This document shows, in pieces, positions 10,206 to 19,365 of a stretch of DNA of 64,000 nucleotides. The stretch is from an uncultured Lachnospiraceae bacterium (GTDB taxonomy: Bacteria; Bacillota; Clostridia; Lachnospirales; Lachnospiraceae), in NCBI GenBank assembly GCA_947177165.1, contig CAMWTP010000020.1, positions 5,238 to 69,237 of the forward strand, given 5' to 3'. The stretch's first letter is position 1; the number at the start of each line of letters is the position of its first letter. The position numbers and the translations under genes were made by a program. The notes beneath the pieces were generated by a model. The model had not been told where the DNA came from, ran no database searches, and saw only the letters and a list, made by a program, of their open reading frames with translations.

Positions 10206-11867
10206 CTATAATATAAATTTGTCAATAATCTCCGCAATCCCATCATGATCATTGTCATGCTCCGTAATATAATCCGCGTATTCCTTCACAATCGAACTGC
10301 CGTTTACCATACATACCCCGACAGCGGCAGCCTCGATCATCGTGATATCATTTTCCTCATCCCCCGCCGCGACAGAGTTTTTGATATGGACATGCGCCGC
10401 ACTGCACAGATTCTGAAGCGCGTTCCCCTTTCCTGCCCTTTTATTGTAAAATTCAAGATAACGGGCACTCGAAAACGCACAGGTAATATCCTCTGCAAAC
10501 GCTGAAGCCTCCACCTCCCTGCGCAGCTCTTCCAGCCGCGACCTGTCATCAATGTCGATCGCAAGCAGTTTAAACGGCGCACGGGTAAGTTCTTTCGCCA
10601 AATCTGTTCCGACTCTGTACGGCATTTTGATTGCTTTTTTGTAAAAGGCAAGCTCCCTGTCCTCCGCACAGCTTACAATATGCGTGTCTGTGTAAGTCTG
10701 AATATGGATTCCCTTTTTCATGGCCATGTCAAAAATCGCCTGCGCTGTTGATAGCGGGACATCGTACTGCTCTATGACAGAATTGTCTGTGCAGTCATAG
10801 AGAACCGCACCATTGTATGCTGCCATATAGATTTTCCCCGCAGAATCCGTCTTCTGTATATCCAGAGTCTCCAGCACATCCAGTATACTGTTCACTGCCC
10901 TGCCGCTTGCCAGCACAAAATGATTTCCTTTGGACAGCATTTCCAGAATCTTATTCCTCGTCTTCTCCGATATTGTTTTTTCTGAATTGAGCAGGGTATC
11001 ATCGAGATCTGTGAACAGTATCCTGGTATTCAGCGCCTTTTTCATATCTGCGAGAAGTCCAGCCGGCACGCGGAGTCTTCCATACCCGACTGCAAGATCC
11101 AGCCCCGGTTTGTTCGCACCGTGAAAATCCGAACCGCCGCCCGGCAGCAGATTGTACTTCTCTGCCAGCGCCCGCATCTGTTTTTCCTCCGACGGCGTGT
11201 AGGTGCTGTAATAGCACTCGATTCCCATAAGTCCCGCGTCTTTGAGCCGCCTCACCAGCACATCGAGCTGCTCCCGGCCAAGCCTGTACAGCGTAGGATG
11301 CGCCAGAATCGGTATCCCTCCCGATCTCAACGTCACCCCGATCACTTCCTCCGGCGTCACCTTCTCGCGATGCACAAAATACGGCGTGTTGTCGCCAAGA
11401 TATCTCTCAAATGCCTCATTTCTGCTCTTCACATAGCCCTTGTCCAGCAGATACGCGGCATAGTGTGCCCTCGTGACCACCGCACCCGGAAATGCCTCCG
11501 CAAGCGCCTCGTAAGTGATATCGATGCCCGCCCCGCGCAGATTCGCGCACAGCTTATAATTTCTGTCTGTCCTCGACTGCTGGAAACGTGTCAGATATTC
11601 CAGAAAGACAGGTGCCTTGTGGTCAATAAACAGTCCCACGATGTGCACATCACGGTTATTGTACTCTGTCGAATATTCAATCCCGGGAATCACTTCAATC
11701 GGCTTTCCCTTCGCATATTCCATCAGTTCATCCAGACCGTCCACTGTGTCATGGTCTGTGAGCGCCACTGCATCCAGACCCTTTTCGATGGCATAGTCCA
11801 CCAGCTCTCTGGGCGTGAGCGTTCCGTCAGAACAGCGCGAATGCGCATGCAAATCAACAAATCCCAT
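10206..11867 (-). CDS. PHP-domain phosphoesterase fused to a Cof-type HAD-IIB phosphatase
   Basis: DLHAHSRCSDG, ALTDHDT, LAHP and GGSDFHG (PHP), then FTDLDDTLL, ASGR, GKGNAL and GDEENDITM (HAD). Start set at MGFVD behind an AGGAG RBS. Confidence 0.92.
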   Translation of the reverse strand: MGFVDLHAHSRCSDGTLTPRELVDYAIEKGLDAVALTDHDTVDGLDELMEYAKGKPIEVIPGIEYSTEYNNRDVHIVGLFIDHKAPVFLEYLTRFQQSRTDRNYKLCANLRGAGIDITYEALAEAFPGAVVTRAHYAAYLLDKGYVKSRNEAFERYLGDNTPYFVHREKVTPEEVIGVTLRSGGIPILAHPTLYRLGREQLDVLVRRLKDAGLMGIECYYSTYTPSEEKQMRALAEKYNLLPGGGSDFHGANKPGLDLAVGYGRLRVPAGLLADMKKALNTRILFTDLDDTLLNSEKTISEKTRNKILEMLSKGNHFVLASGRAVNSILDVLETLDIQKTDSAGKIYMAAYNGAVLYDCTDNSVIEQYDVPLSTAQAIFDMAMKKGIHIQTYTDTHIVSCAEDRELAFYKKAIKMPYRVGTDLAKELTRAPFKLLAIDIDDRSRLEELRREVEASAFAEDITCAFSSARYLEFYNKRAGKGNALQNLCSAAHVHIKNSVAAGDEENDITMIEAAAVGVCMVNGSSIVKEYADYITEHDNDHDGIAEIIDKFIL

Positions 11868-12014
11868 CTCGAATTTCTCCTTATCTGAAAATACAAAACA
11901 GGCAGAGCATACCGCCGTATGCAATCGAGTAGAGGAATGCGCTTCCTCCCTGCCCGCGCGCCGGACACCCGTCAGCTTATGCCGGCATGTTTCCTCTATG
12001 TGCCTGTGCGCATG

Positions 12015-12041
12015 AAAAAAGACAGTCAACCTGTCTCTTTT
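12015..12041 (-). terminator. Probable terminator after the ABC-F gene
   Basis: AGACAG-loop-CTGTCT followed by a T run on the minus strand. Confidence 0.6.
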
Positions 12042-12089
12042 CATCAATCCATCGCAAGGAACTGTAGGAAAAGAACTGCTCCCGGGCGA

Positions 12090-13736
12090 TTACTCCTCGC
12101 CGCTCTCGTCCTCTGCCTCTGCAGTGTACACAGAAGTCCTCTTTCTCGCCATCTCGTCACTTGCAAGGTACTCATCATAAGTCGTAATCTTGTCGATCAG
12201 TGTGCCGTCCGGCAAAATCTCCATGATGCGGTTCGCCGTCGTCTCCACAAACTGATGGTCGTGGCACGCGAACATCGCCATGCCGGGGAACTTGATCAGT
12301 CCGTTGTTGAGCGCTGTGATGGACTCCATATCCAGATGGTTGGTCGGCTCGTCGAGAATCAGACAGTTTGCTCCGCTGATCATCATCTTGCTCAGCAGAC
12401 AGCGCACCTTCTCACCGCCGGAGAGCACCTTTACCTTCTTCACGCCGTCCTCACCCGCAAAGAGCATACGCCCTAAAAAACCGCGCACGTACGTGATATC
12501 ATCCACCGGCGAATAGCCCATCAACCAGTCCGCGATCGTGTAGTCATTGTTAAACTCATTCGTCGGATCCTTCGGAAAATAAGCCTGCGAAGTCGTGACA
12601 CCCCACTTGTAAGTGCCCTCGTCCGGCTCCATCTCCCCCATCAGGATCTGAAACAGCGTCGTCTTGGCAAGCTCGTTTGCCCCCACAAACGCGACCTTGT
12701 CCTCACGTCCCAGGATAAAGGAAATATTGTCAAGCACCTTCTCGCCGTTGATTGTCTTGGAAAGGTTCTCAACCGTGAGCACCTCGTTGCCAATCTCGCG
12801 GTCAGGCCGGAAATCAATGTAAGGATATTTGCGGCTGGACGGCTTGATATCGTCCAGCTCAATCTTCTCCAGAGCGCGCTTTCTCGAAGTCGCCTGCTTT
12901 GACTTGGAGGCATTGGCGGAGAAACGCGAGATGAACTCCTGCAGTTCCTTAATCTTCTCTTCTTTTTTCTTGTTTGCTTCCTTCATCTGCTTGACAAGCA
13001 GCTGGCTTGACTCATACCAGAAATCATAGTTTCCGGCATAGAGCTGAATCTTGCCGTAATCAATATCCGCAATCTGGGTACATACTTTGTTCAGGAAATA
13101 GCGGTCATGTGACACGACGATAACCGTATTTTCAAAATTGATCAAAAACTCCTCAAGCCACGCGATCGCGTCCAGATCCAGATGGTTGGTCGGCTCGTCG
13201 AGCAGCAGGATATCCGGATTGCCAAAGAGCGCCTTGGCAAGCAGCACCTTCACCTTGTCACTGCCGTTTAAATCCTTCATCAGAGAATAGTGGATCCCTG
13301 TGTCGATTCCCAGACCGTTTAACAGCTGCGCCGCGTTGGATTCCGCCTCCCAGCCGTCCATCTCAGCGAACTCGCCCTCCAGCTCGCTGGCGCGGATCCC
13401 ATCTTCATCCGTGAAATCCTCTTTGGCATAGATGGCATCCTTCTCCTTCATAATCTCATAGAGACGGGCATTTCCCATAATGACGACGTCCATGACAGGA
13501 TACTCGTCATACTTGAAGTGATCCTGCTCCAGCACGGAAAGTCTCTGCCCCGGCGTGATTGCGATATCGCCTTTCGTTGTCTCAAGCTTTCCGGATAAAA
13601 TCTTTAAAAAAGTGGATTTTCCCGCTCCGTTTGCACCGATCAGCCCGTAGCAGTTCCCTTCCGTAAACTTGATGTTTACATCCTCGAATAATGCCTTCTT
13701 TCCGACTCTATAGGTTACATTGTTTGCACTTATCAT
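12090..13736 (-). CDS. ABC-F family ATP-binding protein (YbiT/YkpA-like)
   Basis: Two ABC domains (GANGAGKST; LSGGEK...LILDEPTNHLD), inter-domain linker SANASKSKQATSR, no TM segment. Confidence 0.93.
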   Translation of the reverse strand: MISANNVTYRVGKKALFEDVNIKFTEGNCYGLIGANGAGKSTFLKILSGKLETTKGDIAITPGQRLSVLEQDHFKYDEYPVMDVVIMGNARLYEIMKEKDAIYAKEDFTDEDGIRASELEGEFAEMDGWEAESNAAQLLNGLGIDTGIHYSLMKDLNGSDKVKVLLAKALFGNPDILLLDEPTNHLDLDAIAWLEEFLINFENTVIVVSHDRYFLNKVCTQIADIDYGKIQLYAGNYDFWYESSQLLVKQMKEANKKKEEKIKELQEFISRFSANASKSKQATSRKRALEKIELDDIKPSSRKYPYIDFRPDREIGNEVLTVENLSKTINGEKVLDNISFILGREDKVAFVGANELAKTTLFQILMGEMEPDEGTYKWGVTTSQAYFPKDPTNEFNNDYTIADWLMGYSPVDDITYVRGFLGRMLFAGEDGVKKVKVLSGGEKVRCLLSKMMISGANCLILDEPTNHLDMESITALNNGLIKFPGMAMFACHDHQFVETTANRIMEILPDGTLIDKITTYDEYLASDEMARKRTSVYTAEAEDESGEE

Positions 13737-13819
13737 GATAAATTCCTCTTAAACTATTTATAAATACTGGTTTTTGTTACACACTCTTTCTATTATACAT
13801 AAAAGGGAAAATTTATCAA

Positions 13820-15961
13820 CTATTTCTTAAACAGCTTTCCAAAAAGCCCTTTCTTTTCAGAATTATCTTCGGAGCTGTCTTCCAAATCCCGCCCAGCATC
13901 ATTTTCCGTACCGTTTCCGGATACGGCGTCTCTCCTGAACTTCTCCGCATTTGCCGGGTTCTCTTTCAGGGACAGCAGCGCGTCATACGCCTGCAGCATA
14001 TTGAATCCGTTGGCCTCGGCAAGCCCCTGCGCTGTAAAGCCCTCGATTGTGAGCATTCCGACCGACGGATACACCCCGTCCCTGACAGCGGAGACAAACT
14101 CGACAAAAATGCTGTTCTCGGTGCGAAGCCTTCTGTAATAATATCCTGCTTCCGGAAAGGAAAGGCCGCAGCCCTGTGTCAGATAGATCATCAACTCCTC
14201 GCGGAGCGGTTCTGTGCTCTTCCACTGTTTGGATACTTCGCTCATCAGCTTGGTATCCATCATACATAATGTGCCTGGTCCGTCCGTCAGCACCGCGACT
14301 TTGCTGGCCTCGCACAATTTATCCATAAACTGCGGATTGTCGATTCCCACCGGCACGAGCCTTCCCTCGCCCTTTCTGCCTGTCTCATAGCGGTTCGTTA
14401 TGATCAGATATGCGATATTATTTTTGAGGGCGAAATCACCGTTCTCTTCCTGCAAAGTATAGATATATGGTTTCTCACACAATGCCTCTGTCAAAAAGAA
14501 GGTAAGCCTGTTCATCAGGCGCACATACTTCTCTATGTTCTCCTCGTCCGACGCCTTTCTTGCCGTGTCAAAGCGCGCAGCGGCCTCGTGCATCATAACC
14601 ATCATCTCAATGACAGTACAGCCTGTCATATACGCAAATCCCTGGTCATGGTCATTGTCCATATGCGCGATCAGCTCCGCTTTCCGCTCCCCGCTCACAA
14701 GATACTCATTGTCCCGATCAGAAAACGGCACGACAGGCATACGGTACTTCTTCTCTCCATCCTCCTCGTGCATGACCTGTGACAGCTCTTTCTCTGGCAG
14801 AAACGCTTCCACATCGCGGTCATACCCTGCTATATTCCTGATATATTCCATCTTGCAGCCGATGGCATGCACCGTGTCAAAGTCAAGATTTACACCTGTC
14901 ACACCAAGCTTTGCAGCGAGCGCAAGCACTGTCTCCAGGCAAAGCAGATTATCCTTGTGGTCCAGCACACCGATCGGAAACGCACTGTCAAATATGGGCA
15001 GTGTCATAGGATTCTGCAGCACATAACTGACAGCATCGTCATATTTTTCAAACAAATATATCAAAACATTGTTGTCTGCCTTCATCAGAAAAGGATTTCC
15101 GCACGACAGACGATAGTCGCTGTGCAACGGCGACAGCAGGATATAAATCCTGTCCATCTGCGTATATTCCCGGATTCTTGCCTGCACCATCTCCTCATTG
15201 TAGCGCGGTATCTCCAAATGCCCCGCAAGGTCAATCGCGGCAGGATCATACTCCAGATAATAGTTTCTGTGCGGCTCTATGATCACCTGCAGCTTTCCCC
15301 GGATCAGCTGTGACAGCATGGCAAGCTTGTATTTGTTTACCGGCTTATTGTCCGGATTGAAGTGCATGGCGCTGTCCCTCGTCAAAAATACCTTCAGCGA
15401 CTCATAATCATACTCGTCCGCTGTGACTTTCCCGCCATCTTTTCTCCGCTTCATTGTCATGAGCTCAAAAACGGGCTTCTCACCCTCCTTGGGCTTCACG
15501 CGGAAATCCGGCAGCTGCCCTATGATATAGACACTCTTCGTCCACAGGCGTGCGACGGCCTCCTCCCTGCTGCACCGCTCAATCGCTGCGGTGTAGAGGA
15601 AATGATAGCTGTCCGCGGCATCTCTCAATCCAAGAAGCTCCCTTGCCGCAATATATTTCTCATCGGCAAGCTGCTTTCCCGGCGCATTCTCATCTGTGCC
15701 GATGTGGAGCACCAGCCCGGGAATATCCTCTTCAAAGATCTGATTGATCACCTCGCCCAGCTTGTCCTCATGATACGCATACTGATGTTCACTGTATCTG
15801 GTGGCTCTTGCGACATACACATCATAGTACTCTTTGTCAAAGAACACATGAATCGCATCGTCAAAGACCTCCTCCTCGTCGCGCTGCATGACCATGATGT
15901 CCTTGTCAAAACCCTCAAATAATCTTAACTGCCACACTGAAATGTTTGTTTTTCTTTTCAC
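13820..15961 (-). CDS. Hypothetical 713-aa soluble protein
   Basis: Long ORF with GTG start, normal composition and no TM segment; no family confidently recognised. Confidence 0.8.
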   Translation of the reverse strand: MKRKTNISVWQLRLFEGFDKDIMVMQRDEEEVFDDAIHVFFDKEYYDVYVARATRYSEHQYAYHEDKLGEVINQIFEEDIPGLVLHIGTDENAPGKQLADEKYIAARELLGLRDAADSYHFLYTAAIERCSREEAVARLWTKSVYIIGQLPDFRVKPKEGEKPVFELMTMKRRKDGGKVTADEYDYESLKVFLTRDSAMHFNPDNKPVNKYKLAMLSQLIRGKLQVIIEPHRNYYLEYDPAAIDLAGHLEIPRYNEEMVQARIREYTQMDRIYILLSPLHSDYRLSCGNPFLMKADNNVLIYLFEKYDDAVSYVLQNPMTLPIFDSAFPIGVLDHKDNLLCLETVLALAAKLGVTGVNLDFDTVHAIGCKMEYIRNIAGYDRDVEAFLPEKELSQVMHEEDGEKKYRMPVVPFSDRDNEYLVSGERKAELIAHMDNDHDQGFAYMTGCTVIEMMVMMHEAAARFDTARKASDEENIEKYVRLMNRLTFFLTEALCEKPYIYTLQEENGDFALKNNIAYLIITNRYETGRKGEGRLVPVGIDNPQFMDKLCEASKVAVLTDGPGTLCMMDTKLMSEVSKQWKSTEPLREELMIYLTQGCGLSFPEAGYYYRRLRTENSIFVEFVSAVRDGVYPSVGMLTIEGFTAQGLAEANGFNMLQAYDALLSLKENPANAEKFRRDAVSGNGTENDAGRDLEDSSEDNSEKKGLFGKLFKK

Positions 15962-16119
15962 CTTGTCTACCTATCCTTTAGTTTTCACATTTATTCAATT
16001 CTCTTATAATTGCGGACATCAAGCCATGCAAAGCCACTTCGTGGCAGCCCGATGTGCTTCAATCACTATGTTTTCCTGTGAACTTTGCAGCGCAGTGCCA
16101 AGTTCTGTCATAAATATTA

Positions 16120-16383
16120 CTAACTCTCAACGATCAGATATCTTCCATCCCCGATGTCAAATACCTCCGGCGCATCCGCGATCTCTTCCTTTTCCTGTCC
16201 CTCCAGATCGATTCCTTCCTCGTCAAAGTAATTCCACACCTCGTCAAGCGAATCGACGACTACCGCCATGCACTCCTCAAGAAATGCCTCCGCCTCGTCA
16301 ATATTCTCCGCTACCTTTTCCGGTACTAACTGAAGCTGGTTTTCCAAAAAACAGTTCAGCACCGCCTCATCATACTCGTGCAT
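16120..16383 (-). CDS. Small, very acidic hypothetical protein
   Basis: 87 aa with AGGAG RBS; ends PEVFDIGDGRYLIVE. Confidence 0.8.
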   Translation of the reverse strand: MHEYDEAVLNCFLENQLQLVPEKVAENIDEAEAFLEECMAVVVDSLDEVWNYFDEEGIDLEGQEKEEIADAPEVFDIGDGRYLIVES

Positions 16384-16474
16384 AATTCATAATCTCCTTT
16401 TATTTCTTAATTTTTTTATATACCAATACCACTGTAACAGTATCGATACTATTTTGTAAACCCCTTTTCCGCAA

Positions 16475-17065
16475 TCAGATCAATTGTCTTGCAAAAAGTT
16501 CATGCATCAGCCTTGCGACAGGCAGACCCACCACGTTGTTGTAATCCCCGTTGATGCCCTTGATATAGACTGCACACTTTCCTTGAATCGCATATGCGCC
16601 CGCCTTGTCCATCGGCTCCCCGGTCGCCACATAGGCCGCAATCTGTTCTGATGTCATCGGATACATATGGACATCTGTCTTTTCATGGAAAGTGATAACT
16701 TCCCTCCTCCGCTTTTCCAGCACAATGAGTGTCACTCCTGTGTAGACCTGATGGGTATCCCCCTGCAGCTTTGCAAGCATTGCCGCCGCATCCGCTGCAT
16801 TTTTCGGTTTTCCCATGATTTCCTTCCCGGATGCCACGATGGTATCCGCGCCGATTATGACAACTGTGTCATTTTTATATTTCTTCTGATACCGCTGCGC
16901 CGCCTCATCTGCTTTTTGGTAAGAAAGTTCCTCCACGATCTCTGCCGGAACTTCCTTCGCGGTGATTTCCTCACCCTGCGCCTGGGAGATCTCAAAGCTG
17001 ATTCCCGCCTGTTCCAAAAGTTCCCGCCGCCTCGGGGAACCCGATGCAAGTATATATTTTATCAT
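16475..17065 (-). CDS. maf: Maf-family nucleoside triphosphate pyrophosphatase
   Basis: ILASGSPRRRELL, IGADTIV, GEPMDKAGAYAIQG, NVVGLP. Confidence 0.96.
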   Translation of the reverse strand: MIKYILASGSPRRRELLEQAGISFEISQAQGEEITAKEVPAEIVEELSYQKADEAAQRYQKKYKNDTVVIIGADTIVASGKEIMGKPKNAADAAAMLAKLQGDTHQVYTGVTLIVLEKRRREVITFHEKTDVHMYPMTSEQIAAYVATGEPMDKAGAYAIQGKCAVYIKGINGDYNNVVGLPVARLMHELFARQLI

Positions 17066-17123
17066 CGTATTCCATGCTCCCATAATTCTACTATACGAAA
17101 AAACGCTGCCTTAGAAAATCTCA

Positions 17124-19334
17124 TCACACCATCGCCTGATTGTACTCTGGTTTGAAAGTTCGCGCCTGCTGCTCTGCCTTTTGCTTTTTCGCCGCCAGTG
17201 ACACATACTCCCTGCAGAACAGTTCCTGCGCGTTGACAGCGTTCTTCTCCCTGCTGCCATGGCTGCTGTCAGCCTTGCGGTAGCTTCCGTCAGCCTGTAG
17301 GAACTGCGCTTTCTGTGTGTCACTCAGCTGCACTTCCAGGACATGCCACACCTTTTCCTTCAGGTCAGCGTTGAGAACCGGGAAGAGAATCTCCACCCTC
17401 CGCTCGAGGTTCCTTGGCATCCAGTCCGCGCTCGCCATATACAGCTCCGGATCCCCTGCATTCTCAAAGTAAAAGATCCGCGCGTGCTCCAGGAAATTGC
17501 CCACGATGGAACGCACCTCTATATTGTCTTCAGTGCCTTCCACCCCCGTCCGCAGACAGCAGATTCCCCTGACAATCAACTGAATCTTCACACCTTTTGC
17601 CGCTGCCTCGTACAGCGCCTTGATGATATCGGGATCACATAAGGAGTTCATCTTCGCCACGATTCTTGCAGGCCGCTTCTCAACTGCATTCTCCTTCTCC
17701 CTGTTGATCAAATACAGAAATCTGTCCTTGAGCCACAACGGCGCCAGTGCCAGCTGATTCCACCCCAGCGGCTCCGAGTAACCGGACAGCATGTTAAAGA
17801 CTGCCGTGGCATCCTCGCCGATCGCCTCATTGCAGGTAAGGATACCGAGATCGGTATAGAGCTTCGCTGTGGCATCATTGTAGTTGCCCGTGCCGAGATG
17901 CACATAGCGCCTGATGCCCTCCTCCTCACGTCTGACCACCAGCGTGATCTTGCAGTGCGTCTTCAGCCCCACCAGTCCATAGATTACATGACAGCCGGCT
18001 TTCTCAAGCATCTTCGCCCACACAATATTGTTCTCCTCGTCGAAACGCGCCTTCAGCTCAACCAGCACGGATACCTGCTTGCCGTTCTCCGCCGCCTGCG
18101 CAAGCGCCGCGATAATCGGCGAGTTGCCGCTCACGCGGTACAGGGTCTGCTTGATGGCAAGCACCTGCGGGTCCTTCGCCGCCTGCTTGATGAAGTCAAC
18201 GACAGGGGCAAAAGTCTGATAGGGGTGATGCAGAAGTATATCCTGCTCCCTGATCCACTCAAAAATGTCATCGTCCGCCTCAATCTCAGGAACCGGCTGC
18301 GGCGTGTAAGGACTGAATTTGAGATGCTCAAACCCTTCCAGTCCATACATCTTCATCAGGAATGTGAGATCAAGCGGTCCGGGAATACTGTAGATATCCC
18401 TCTCATCTATCATCAGCTCCTTCTTGATTATCTCGAGAAGCCGTTTGTCAATTCCTTCCTCAACCTCAAGCCGGATCGCCTGTCCCCACTGCCGCTTTTT
18501 GAGCTGTTTCTCAATCTCTTTTAACAAGTCCTCCGTCTCCTCCTCCTCCAGCGAGAAATCCGCATTTCTCATGATTCGGAACGGAAAAGAACACTCTATG
18601 TTATAATTCAGAAACAGTTTATCCATATTCCGCTCGATAATCTGCTCCAGCAAAATGACACGCTTTGTCCCATCTTCCGCCTCCGGAAGCTGTATGATAC
18701 GCGGAAGAACACTCGGAACCTGAACAGTGGCAAACTCCAGCTCTTTCCCCTGAACAGACTTCTTGTTAAACAGATGTCTTCTGCCCTTTATCCCTTTCCT
18801 CGATACCAGAGCCCCCAGATTCAGAGACTTGTTCCTGATAAGAGGAAACGGTCTCGAGGAGTCCACCGCCATCGGTGTGAGCACTGGATACACATTGTCC
18901 TGAAAATACCGGTCGACAAAGGCGCAGTCCTTTTTCGTGAGATCCTCATGACTCTCCACCACCATCAGCCCGTTCTGGGCAAGCAGCGGAAGCAGCGATC
19001 TGTTATAGACAGAATACTGCATATCGACAAGCTCATGCGTCGCCCTGTTAACCACTTCCAACTGTTCGGCCGGCGTCATTCCGGCGATATCCTTCCTGGT
19101 GTAGCCTGCATTTACCATGTCTTTGAGCGACGCCACGCGCACCATAAAAAATTCGTCCAGATTAGACGCGGTAATGCTCAAAAACTTGAGCCGTTCAAAC
19201 AAAGGGATGTCCTTGTCTTTCGCCTCGCCCAGCACGCGGTTGTTAAAGGCTATCCAGCTCAATTCCCTATTATAGTAATATTCTGCTTTGCTGTAATCAA
19301 TCCTGTTATCTGACTTACTGTTTTTGTCACCCAT
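17124..19334 (-). CDS. ppk1: Polyphosphate kinase 1
   Basis: NRELSW, NLDEFFMVRVA, ELKARFDEENN, GLKTHCK, SADWMPRNLERRVE. Start set at MGDK. Confidence 0.97.
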   Translation of the reverse strand: MGDKNSKSDNRIDYSKAEYYYNRELSWIAFNNRVLGEAKDKDIPLFERLKFLSITASNLDEFFMVRVASLKDMVNAGYTRKDIAGMTPAEQLEVVNRATHELVDMQYSVYNRSLLPLLAQNGLMVVESHEDLTKKDCAFVDRYFQDNVYPVLTPMAVDSSRPFPLIRNKSLNLGALVSRKGIKGRRHLFNKKSVQGKELEFATVQVPSVLPRIIQLPEAEDGTKRVILLEQIIERNMDKLFLNYNIECSFPFRIMRNADFSLEEEETEDLLKEIEKQLKKRQWGQAIRLEVEEGIDKRLLEIIKKELMIDERDIYSIPGPLDLTFLMKMYGLEGFEHLKFSPYTPQPVPEIEADDDIFEWIREQDILLHHPYQTFAPVVDFIKQAAKDPQVLAIKQTLYRVSGNSPIIAALAQAAENGKQVSVLVELKARFDEENNIVWAKMLEKAGCHVIYGLVGLKTHCKITLVVRREEEGIRRYVHLGTGNYNDATAKLYTDLGILTCNEAIGEDATAVFNMLSGYSEPLGWNQLALAPLWLKDRFLYLINREKENAVEKRPARIVAKMNSLCDPDIIKALYEAAAKGVKIQLIVRGICCLRTGVEGTEDNIEVRSIVGNFLEHARIFYFENAGDPELYMASADWMPRNLERRVEILFPVLNADLKEKVWHVLEVQLSDTQKAQFLQADGSYRKADSSHGSREKNAVNAQELFCREYVSLAAKKQKAEQQARTFKPEYNQAMV

Positions 19335-19365
19335 TTCAATTCCCCCATTACTTTGCAGTATTATA

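Noticed and set aside
11898-12007. Match to THF, lysine or c-di-GMP riboswitch, or hammerhead ribozyme
   Set aside because: Only short fragments (GAGTAGA, AGAGG, CTGACG, GAAAC) match; the conserved cores are not in the right order.
11868-12047. N-terminal extensions in the ORF track (also ppk1 to 19451, trmK to 36748, groES to 8930)
   Set aside because: They overlap terminators, CIRCE or neighbouring genes; downstream ATGs have good RBSs and match the family N-termini.
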